Part shown: in pieces, positions 13,472 through 22,893 of the stretch
How the letters are laid out: the number at the start of each line of letters is the position of its first letter
Numbering within the stretch: the stretch's first letter is position 1
From: Cenococcum geophilum
Taxonomy: Eukaryota
DNA length: 64,000 bases
Direction of reading: 5' to 3'
Assembly: GCA_050273025.1 (NCBI GenBank)
Contig: CP158635.1
Span: 10,106,001 to 10,170,000 of the forward strand
Made by a program: the position numbers and the translations under genes
Notes under the pieces: model-generated
Told to the model about the DNA's origin: nothing
What the model saw: the letters and a program-made list of their open reading frames with translations, nothing else
Database searches by the model: none

Positions 13472-14218
13472 TTAGAAAGGGGCTTCAGATGGACGTCTAG
13501 AGTTATCAGAGGTGATTGGAGGGTTCTCGACCTCGACAGACGCATAGACAGTCAGGGCTTCCATCAGTATTGAATATTGAACGTTCAATATCAATATCAA
13601 TACGACATGTTCAATACTGAAAGATATTGAATATCGAAAGAGAATATATAAAAGTATATAAAATAGCTAGTTTTATGGCTTCTGCTATAATAAGTATTAG
13701 AAATATATACTCTGTTATAAGGAGTAGGGTATAATAAGGTGTATAAAGGCTATAGGACAATATAAGGTGGCTATTGTGGATGTAAGGTATCCGTTTTAGG
13801 CGTACGTTTATGCTAAGGCCTTGATTATGCACGGTTCGCAGCCTATATTTGTATGGGGGCTTGGCAAAAATTCAATATTCAATATCAATATCAATACGGC
13901 CTAATACTGATATTGAATATTGATGGAAGTCCTGTCGGCAGTCGTTAGAGGTGGTGGAGGTGCATGAAGAGGAACTATATTCTCGTCTTGATGCGTAAGG
14001 CCCATTTTTCTGCACTGAAGATACGCGACGACGAACGAGGCCAGGGCGAGACAGACGGTCAATATACCCAGAGTCCGGTCCCGGATTGAAGGCGGGTTGG
14101 CATGGGTTGAGTTAACTAAGGATCTGATGCCAAGTTTATGGGAACAGCAGAAAGCATAGCGGCAGACAAAATTTGAGGTTGGAGAAGACAGATACGCCTC
14201 GGACAAGACAGGTGCCAT
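13472..14218 (-). pseudogene. Array paralog C, intronless, interrupted by a MITE
   Basis: MAPVLS...PPSIRDRTLGILTVCLALASFVVAYLQCRK...PLHAPPPPLTTAD. Removing element 13553-13934 plus one TSD restores ASVEVENPPITSDNSRRPSEAPF*, matching the tails of A and B. Confidence 0.75.
13553..13934. mobile_element. hAT-like MITE inserted in paralog C
   Basis: TIR CAGG(G/A)CTTCCATCA(G/A)TATT(G/C)AATAT; subterminal TCAATA/TATTGA arrays; degenerate 8-bp TSD TAGACAGT / TCGGCAGT; AT-rich RIP-like interior. Confidence 0.8.
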
Positions 14219-14709
14219 TATTTAATGCGTTGAATTGTAAACGCAAAGCAAGAAGGAGTAGAGTATGAATATTTGAAAGACAAAAATCACGGCTCACTAG
14301 AAACTTATATACTGGAGAGTCCGCTTATCTAGCGGGAAAAAGATCATTAGCATGCTGAATTACACACCGTGCGAGAGGGCACCAAGCAATGGTACCCCGT
14401 TGACAGCGGCTGGATTGACCGAAGCAGACGAAGCAGACAAAGCAGCAGCATTAACTAGCAGGTGTCTCGGTTTCATCCGCAGCCCTTACTCGATAACCGC
14501 ATTGCTCGCTGCGACGACGAGCACGGTATTATTTTTCTTTGGAGCTTAGAAATTTGGCTGCGCAGGGGGACTCGGCAGTCTAGCGTTCGTGTCGGCCGCT
14601 CCTATCAGATGCGGGATCATCGTAATCGCGTCCTAACGGCCGGATTGCTTGCTTTTTCCCTTCCGACCTCTGCAGCCGCCACGAGCATACCCCGTATACT
14701 CTGTGGAGG

Positions 14710-15846
14710 TTATCTCATGAATCAGACGCTCCGCAGAAGATTTGTTCCGTGACATGGGATAACGCATAGACCCTCTTCTGGACCAATTAGAACTGCGCAC
14801 TAATTTCAGCCCCCTGCGCACCCCTGTTACCTAACAAATTCTTCTGCGGAGCGTCTGAGAGCTTATGGGCGTTGCTTTGGTGAGAATTGAATGTTTTAAA
14901 AATTAAATTTTGTGTATTTCTACGAGCGACGTCCTAACCCTAAGAGTTATTATATATTTTATTAATGCAATAGATTCTTTAGGTAATCATATCTATATAT
15001 TTATAAATTATAACCCCCTACTAAGAATACTAGGGGGCGAGATACATCGTCGTAGAACGTAAGTTAATTTTAAATTTGAATATTTATAGATTTTAACTAA
15101 ACCCGACCAATAACCTATATCTAACTTCTTATAAAATAGAGCTATAATATCGCCGTAATATAGAGGCGATAGAGAAGACAAAGGGCTTTTAGCTCGTACT
15201 ATTTTAGAGATAATTAGACATAGAGAAGTATATAAGGTATGGCAGTGAGGCAGTAGGGCAAGATTGCGATTAAAACCGACTAACTACCTATATCTAACTT
15301 CTCGTAGAATAGAGCTACGATATCGCCATAATATAGAGCCGATAGAGAAGAAAAAGGGCTTTTAGCTTATAGTATTTTAGAGATAATTAGACGTAGAGAA
15401 GTATATAAGGTATGGTAGTAAGGCAAGATTGCGACCGACGAGACGAAAATGCGACCGACGAAAATACGACCGACGAAAATACGACCGACGAAAATACGAC
15501 CAACGAAAATGTGACCAACGAAGATACAACTAACTGCCTATATCTAATATTTTATATAATAGATAGAGAAACTAAAGAGCTCCTACCTTATAGTATTTTT
15601 ATAATAACTAGACGTTATAAAAGGGTTAAGATACGCGTTATAGTAGAAGAGTTATCGCCTAACAAGAAACATTGAGTTCTCATATAAAGGGCGCCCATAA
15701 GCTCTCAGACCCTCGGGGAGAAATTCCTCTTAGTGTAATCTAATTGGTCCAGGAGTCCACAGGACTAGGGTAAGGTTCACAAGCGTAGCACTAGTCCTTC
15801 CACGTCGTAGCGCAATTTCTCCCCGGGGGTCTGATTTATGAGATAA
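14710..15846. mobile_element. Non-autonomous DNA transposon with perfect 8-bp TSD and nested inverted repeats
   Basis: TSD TGTGGAGG at 14702-14709 and 15847-15854. TIR TTATCTCAT(G/A)AATCAGAC. Inner IR GTCTGAGAGCTTATGGGCG at about 14853 and 15710. AT-rich core with an ~150-bp tandem duplication and 15-bp GACCGACGAAAATAC repeats. Confidence 0.85.
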
Positions 15847-17253
15847 TGTGGAGGCGCTTTCTTGACGTCGATGTCTGCTTGCCCTGCCGCCAGGCAAGAG
15901 CATGCACTCCGCACGCTAACCACAACCCAGTCCACCATGCCGCCTGAGACAACGTAGGCTCTTTCAACACGCACCAGCCGTAAGGCAACAGAACCCCGCA
16001 ACTGTTGCCTTGGTAAGGGAAAGCCAAGATCCTGATCGGGAATAGTCAAAGAATCACATCTGTCAAGCAAAAACACACAAGTTGACTTTTAATATATTTG
16101 CCGTTGATAAATTCTCTTCCCATTCCGTAGTTGGCCATATCGTATTTCTCCGCCCAAGCGTGAGGCTCTTCTTAATAAAGAGCCAGGAGCGGCGAAGGGT
16201 AAAGTGGCCTCCACAACTTGCCAGCTATCTGTATCTCAAGCCATTCCCGCGGTATTAAGAGTGAATATACGGGTGCGTATATGGGTGCAGTTAATAGTGA
16301 CAACTGGGAAGCATCTGGATCAAAACAGAACAGATGACACGCATCAAAGCTCTACCCTTATTTTACCCAGCATCTGTTTAAATAAAATCAAACCTCTACG
16401 GCTGCGTTAACAACGACGAGATGAAAGGTTTTGTTATACACACTTTTTTTGTGTTAAACAATAATAGATTCCCTTTATTTCCAACAAGCCAGCCTCTCTC
16501 CGGATCCCGGAAGGCTGAAGCTGCTATACACATTGTGAGCTATGCTCAACTTACCAGAATTGCAAGTACCGTCCTAAGGCAGGCGAAACGAAATGGTCTT
16601 CTGTCAGATAGTGGTGAGATAGGTAACATAGCCATAGAGTCCAAAGGTTCGATAATTATGCATTATAATATCGGAAAAGAAAGGTGGTAAGTATAAGTGA
16701 GGCCCGAGTATGGTGGTGGTGAAATAGTTCTGGGGAAGGAGAATGAGTGAATTGGGTTCTTTGATTATGTAGGTGGAGGCTGAAGGTATGGTTTCGAGTG
16801 GAGCATGAAATGAGACGGTTATTGTGACGCTATCCAGGATTTCCAAATTTCATTTGCCCAGTATAAGTACTAAAACTTACAGAATTGGGAAACGGAAACA
16901 TTTATCCCCAAAGCTGTTTAGGCAGAGAACCAATAGATCACGCCGCCAAACCCATTTTAACTGCCAATGCCATCGTCCCTACCCTTACACACACGTGAAG
17001 AAAAAAGTTTCTGTTCCTTATTGGAGGAGACTTGGCGGGTATGAGCGCGACATCCCCATTGAATTGCGATGTGATATCGTGAAATGATTGTGAATGGTCG
17101 ATAGATGACTGTACAGCCACAGTTGGAAAGATGATAAGTAGGGAGTACTGTATTAAGAGGGTTAGCAAGGTATTATCTTTATTCTATGACAAGAATTGGG
17201 TGCAATACTGAGTGGTGGTGTCGTTGTCATCATGAACGACGCAGGTTGAGGCT

Positions 17254-17654
17254 TTAGGGATCAACGGTAGCGGGAGGTAGAGCTGAGTCATTAGAAGTGG
17301 CACTGTTTGGCCGAAATTCATCGAACGGAAGTTCATCTACGCATATTTAGAAATACTCTAGCTGATACTGATAAACGTCGAGATACCATTTGAAGTAATG
17401 ACGGATCTTTCTTGCTCCACAGTGACCGCGGGATGTTCCCTAGAAGCACTTCTCTTGTACTGAAGATATGCAACTACAAGTGTAGCTAGAGCAATGAAAA
17501 TTGCCAAAACTCCGAGTGTGATGTTCTGTATGGAGGACGGGTCGAGACGGTTTACTGTATAGGTCAAGCTGGCTCTAATAGTGCGACGAGTAACATAATT
17601 CGCCATTGGACATGGTGCTTGACAAGCGAGACCAGGCATTTTGACTGGTGGCAT
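17254..17654 (-). CDS. Array paralog D (116 aa; exons 17654-17387 and 17336-17254)
   Basis: DPSSIQNITLGVLAIFIALATLVVAYLQYKR. The 50-nt phase-1 intron's 3' part (GAGTATTTCTAAATATGCGTAG) resembles that of paralog B (GAGTATTTCTGAACATGTACAG). Confidence 0.7.
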
Positions 17655-18364
17655 ATTGGATCATTTAGCGCGCAGAGGCAAAGATAAAATAATTTGAATG
17701 TTAGAACGACGAACAAAATGCACAACCCATTGGGCTTTGTAGGCTATTAATGCTGTCATCTCTTTTGATCTGTTGTCGTTGTTTAATATTGCGCGCCCAC
17801 CGCTGCATCTTAGAGTGTGGGGGCACCGGCGACACGTCTCCCGGTCCCAGGGCACACGGCTTAGCCAATGGGGAGGGGAGGCTGGAATGGAGCGCGACGA
17901 TAGGCGCAGGGTTGCTTCCTTCTGTACGCCTCTACAATAACTCCCCGTCGCCAAGCAGGCCGCTCCCTACCGTCAGCATGCCCATCTGCCATCACGCTGC
18001 CAGCATCACCAGCAGCAGCAGCTAACCTGGGGCCATGCTCTAGCCGTAAAAGCCCATCTAGATTTATTGATGTCTCCGTTCCTTTGCCCTTTTCCTTGCA
18101 GCCACCCCCGTTGCTGGTTGCTTGTTCGCAGGCGCCGTCGCTCTGGCGCCAGCAGCCTGGACGAACCTTAAACGAACCCATGAGCCATCAGCAATCATCG
18201 AGCAAGCAATCATCAGGTCCATCCGAGCTCTCGGACACACCAAGGATGTATGGGGAAGGCCGCATTTTCTCACAAGAACGGGGGAGCACCTAGCGAAGCG
18301 GCACCGCACAAGCAACGTTGGGCTTAGCGGGCGGGTTGTCCGGGAGCTGCGAGGAGACGCGGGC

Positions 18365-18609
18365 CGCGGGTGACAAAAAAGTAAGACTGCGAACGAGTTG
18401 CGGTGTTTCTATGCACGCAGCACCACGGCCTTGAGTTGTAGAAAAGTCTAAAACTTAGAGCATAATATTTCGAAGCATCTAAATATTTTAGCGTCTTTAT
18501 ATTTTTTATAGAGGGCCTTATTAGCGCTGCATATTACCGTAGATTTGGTGCACTTTTATTATTGCTCGCTTGTTGAGTGCTCGTAGTCTCACTTTTTTTG
18601 CCACCCGCG
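18365..18609. mobile_element. MITE with about 30-bp TIRs
   Basis: CGCGGGTGACAAAAAAGTAAGACTGCGA versus reverse complement of TCGTAGTCTCACTTTTTTTGCCACCCGCG; AT-rich interior. Confidence 0.7.
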
Positions 18610-19326
18610 TGCTCGGGCCACTCTTTCCAGATCTTGAGGCTGCGACTGCGCCTCACGACAGAACCTCAGCCCTCTACGATAAGCCTATCACAAGCGATCT
18701 AATAGAACGTCTCGACCTAATCTAGACTTTCCTAGGAATCCCCAAAGCACGCGCACCAAGTTGCACGATGCGCGCGCCCCTACGCGCCCTTACGCACCTA
18801 CGCAGGGGCTTTTGTTATCTTGGCCTGCATGGTCGAGCGAGTAGTTTATTCGCTCCTTCCGCAGCCTGTCATTCATGGGGCTGTGATCCGTGACCAGAGG
18901 CTTTGAGGCTCTGCTCGAAAGCGAGATGGCGCAGCCGTCAACTCAGCTGAGAAGCCCTTGTGGAATTTACCGGGGCGGCGGAGCGATTAGAGCAGATTCT
19001 GATGCGAAACTGCTTTCGGGTGCCGGCAAGGGCTGGGCAGAAACGTGCCGCTCTGTCAATGCTGCTGCCAACCTGCCACTTTTGCAGCAGACAAAGCCGC
19101 CGGGTTTCAAGGCTGAAGCTGAAGTGACGCCGGGCTAAATGGCTTGTAAGCAGAGGCCCCAGAGAGCGAATCAGCAAATCGACGGGGGGCCAAAGCGCTG
19201 AGTCACTTGGAGGCGCTGTAGCAGAGACAACGAGGGGGGAAGGCAGTCGTCATGACCGTTTCTTCACCGGCCTTCCAAGCAGTATACTTTTGGATTTCCC
19301 CTTCCCTGTGGCACTCCAAGCCCACC

Positions 19327-19372
19327 TACACCCACCTGTTAATTCCGGTGGTTAGCGCAGCCACGTCTGCAC
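19327..19372 (-). repeat. Terminal fragment of the CACCA-type MITE family
   Basis: Inverted near-identical match to 10066-10111 (GACGTGGCTGCGCTAACCACCGGAATT). Confidence 0.65.
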
Positions 19373-21376
19373 GGCCTTTTTGTAGGGGAAGTTTTGGTAT
19401 TTTTGCTGTTTAAAGGAAAGTCAATCAATCTCAGTACCCGTTCCGAACGCCTGCCTTGCCCAGGAGACAGGAGGCAAAAATACTTTTCGATAGAGCTCCG
19501 CGACTCTTCATCATCCTTATCATTGCGTGCCTTTGGAACCAGTGCTTAGCAGGAGTGCAACGGATCAAGTTAAAACAACTCGGGCAATGCCAAGAGTGCA
19601 TATCAGGGATAAAAAGCTGCTGTGGCAGGTCTGGTAGTAGGCCTACTCGTCAACCCCTCAGCCTTTCTCCCAGGCCTAACAGCAGATCCAATTCTCCGCC
19701 GCACAAGCAATTCCCGGCCGGACCTATGAACTGATATCTCAGATCGAGTAGCAACATGATTCGTACTTACCGTTAATCAGCAATGCCTCACCAGCAGACA
19801 AACAGGGAGATAGATGGCCACTTCCTGAGTCTCCTCACACCTCAGTCACGTTTGATTTGTTTGCTTCGTATCAACACCAAGAATTCTAGTTGTCGTTCAG
19901 TACTGCATGATTTAATGCAATGCAACCAAGTAGCCTCGCCGACAGAATCAAGAAGCGCTAAACAATTATGCCATTAGAACATTTCTTCCGATCTAGCGCA
20001 TTGTTTTGTATTTATCGCCTGCGCCCAATCTCATGCTCAGCGGGTTCAGTCTCCACCTTCACACGATTGTTGTCAGCCCCTTCAAAATTTCGATATCCGC
20101 TCGACATAACGAACTCGGATAGTGAGGATCATAAGCCTGAGCAACGCGGCGATTTTGAGCTGACAGGCGTCACCCGACTTCAGGGAAATCGACGAGAGGC
20201 TCTTCCAAAGCTGAAGAAAATTTTCAAACGAACTATGGGCATTAGCCTAACAGGTCTATTCGCTGCGCCGAAGTTGATAATCTATCCTCGGAGCCAGCGT
20301 AGAGACGCTATATAAGGCTAGAAGTAGAAATACCTGTGTAAGCTCCTATATCTTCTCCTCTTACTACTTTTGTCTTCCCTCCAATCCACCTTATGGCCTC
20401 TTCTTGGTGGTTTTTTGGCTGTTAAATTGGAAAGAAGGTCACTTTTCCAATTTTGTAGATTAGCATAGTCCAACTTTTGTTGATTACCCCAACAAGACTG
20501 TCCCCTTCCGCCACAGCCTAATACGCATACTCCAAACAATCATTATCAGGCAGGCGAATATGTCCGGCTGCCCTATACAAGATATGCAAGATTCCCTTCG
20601 CCCAGGACATCTACCCCTTTATTTCTGTATAGTATTAATGACTTCGTCCGACTAGAACATCACCCTCGAGAGGACTCTATGCGATGCTTAGGAGAAAGTT
20701 ACTCTTAAAAATATGACCTAGCGATTCAAGTTGATGTTTTCACCTTTTACATAGAGAAAACGCACACTTTCCGTACCACCATCTCCTTTCCTCGTTATCG
20801 TTCCATAGCCGAATCAATACAGGGACAAGGGCATGAGCGATGTGACATCATAATAAGAACAGAGGCCATGGGTTAGCCCATCCATAGCATTGTTTGCTGC
20901 TGAGAATACCAGAGCACCATCTGACTGTAGGAGAGCATTGATCGCTAGGTTTCTCTCGAGTTCAAGCTTCGATTGGTTGGGATGAATCTCGCCTTTTGGA
21001 CTTTTGGTGTACGCCGCTTTAGTCCAGACTGGGTCAAGGCTATGTCACTCGAACATGTAGGTTTGTTCAAAGCGGAGTGTAACGCTCGAAACCTTTCCGT
21101 AGAAATGGTGAGAGATGGGGTATGAAGTCATTCCATTGCTATCAATTAATCATACAACTTTCCAATATTCTCCCTGAGCCATCTCTCACGTATCAGGAGC
21201 GACTCGTCAAGCTTCAGCGGGCTAGGCTGCGTCGATACAATCCGCAGGACTATCACCGAGCCAATCCATCCGAACCCTCTAACGCTCATTTCCCGAACCT
21301 AGATATTAACAACCCCCAAGCTCCCATCCCGCAATGTCAAACTCCACAAGACCCGTCCTCTGCCGCCTCATTCCCT

Positions 21377-22429
21377 TCAACCCCTTCGCGGCCCCTCATC
21401 CGACCCCTCTACCCCCCTAACCTCCTCCACCCCCATCTCATGCACCACCCGCTCATCCCCCCACATCTCCTGCGGTGGCGCCTGATATCGATAAACCACC
21501 CCCGCATCCCCCTCCACACGCTCCTTCTCCGCCCCCAGCTCCACCGGCGCCCTCTCCGCGCTCCTCCCTTTCCTCCACCACCACCACAACACCACAAGCC
21601 CCGCCACCGCCGCTATCCCCCCAACAGTCGCCCCAACCCCGATCCCGGCCTTCGCACCCGTGCTGAGCCCGCTCGCTGCTGCGGAAGCAGGAGAGCTGGT
21701 GGTTGGAGAGGAGGGGGAGGAGGAGGGCGCGGCGGTGCAAGCGGCGGCGTTGTGTGCGTTCAGCGAAACGAGGTAGCTTTGCGCGGGGGTGGGGAGCGCG
21801 GTGTACCATGCCGGCGTCGTGTATTGCGGGCCGAAAGGGGTGTTGTGCAGGAAGCATTGGGCGGCGGGGTCGGTGATGGCGGAGGAGGGGACGCCGGTTG
21901 AGATTATGGCGAGGATGGAATTTGAATCGGCGGACTCGGTTGGGGTGGCTGAGGTGGAGCGGGAGGTGGCGGAGGAGGAGCTGACGACGGGAACGGTGAT
22001 GTTTACGTAGTGGCTTTGCCAGAGGTTGTTGTTGTTTGTGTTGTCGTAGAGGTCGAGGTAGAAGGCCGGGGTGTCGGTGAGGTTGAGGCCGCCGATTGAG
22101 ACGGTCCAGTTGTAGGCTTGCACGTAGGGTGTTAGATCTCCTGTACGAGCGAAGATGGTCAGTGAATCGATCTTCTATCTGGATATATAGAACTAGGCTG
22201 AGAATGGCAGATCTAGGTAGATGTGGCAATTGACCAACTCACCTGGATTCGTGATGACAGCGTAAGTGTTACGAGCACCAGGCGCATCCTGCCATGCGAT
22301 TAGAGACGGTTTCTTAATACTCGCTGACCAGCGTAGCTCTTGCACTGAGCCTAGCTTCCAGACTTGGTTCGCAGAATAGACACCAGACGTGCCCATGGGC
22401 GGTGGGTTAACCCATGGGTTTGTAGACAT
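21377..22429 (-). CDS. Ser/Thr-rich single-pass cell-surface membrane protein (Mid2/Wsc-like architecture)
   Basis: NPPP..G...N.V exon, intron about 22221-22117, S/T-rich stalk, GLSTGAKAGIGVGATVGG TM followed by WWWWRK and a VEL/HEM tail. The 5' start is uncertain: a signal-peptide-like frame upstream is out of phase. Confidence 0.75.
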
Positions 22430-22893
22430 TCTGACAAGACAGAAGAAATAGAAACACTACAGTAGAGAAGAGAAACAAACAGGCTTTCACGCCAAACGGT
22501 GGTTGACATTTCAATGGAAGACAAGAGACCAGGATTATTAAAGAACTTCGCCACCGACGGGGACAGTGGGTTCCTTATCCCATGCTTAGGACCGGGAGAT
22601 GCAAGAACTGTGGTCCTTTGAAGCCTAATTTCCTATCAAGCACTTGTTGGCAAGGCTGAGGCTACATGCAGACAATAGGTCGTTTGGGACGTTGTGCATG
22701 GGTAGTGCGGCCGCTAGGGTGAATGAGGCTACTTGAAGGACTAGAGCCCTTAATAATACTCCAGAATTGCGTGGAGGGAAGTATTTGATCATGGATTCCG
22801 AGCGTTCGTGCATGTCTTTTCGACTCTATCCGGCCGCTTTTCAGCCCTCAAATACCGAAAAAATGGGTCGATGATAATCATACACCGCCTATC

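Noticed and set aside
15412..15675. ORF with DENTT repeats
   Set aside because: Translation of a 15-bp tandem repeat inside a RIPed non-autonomous transposon.
16604..17168. Fifth array member or secreted protein gene
   Set aside because: Lacks the family motif, and I could not build a consistent spliced model.
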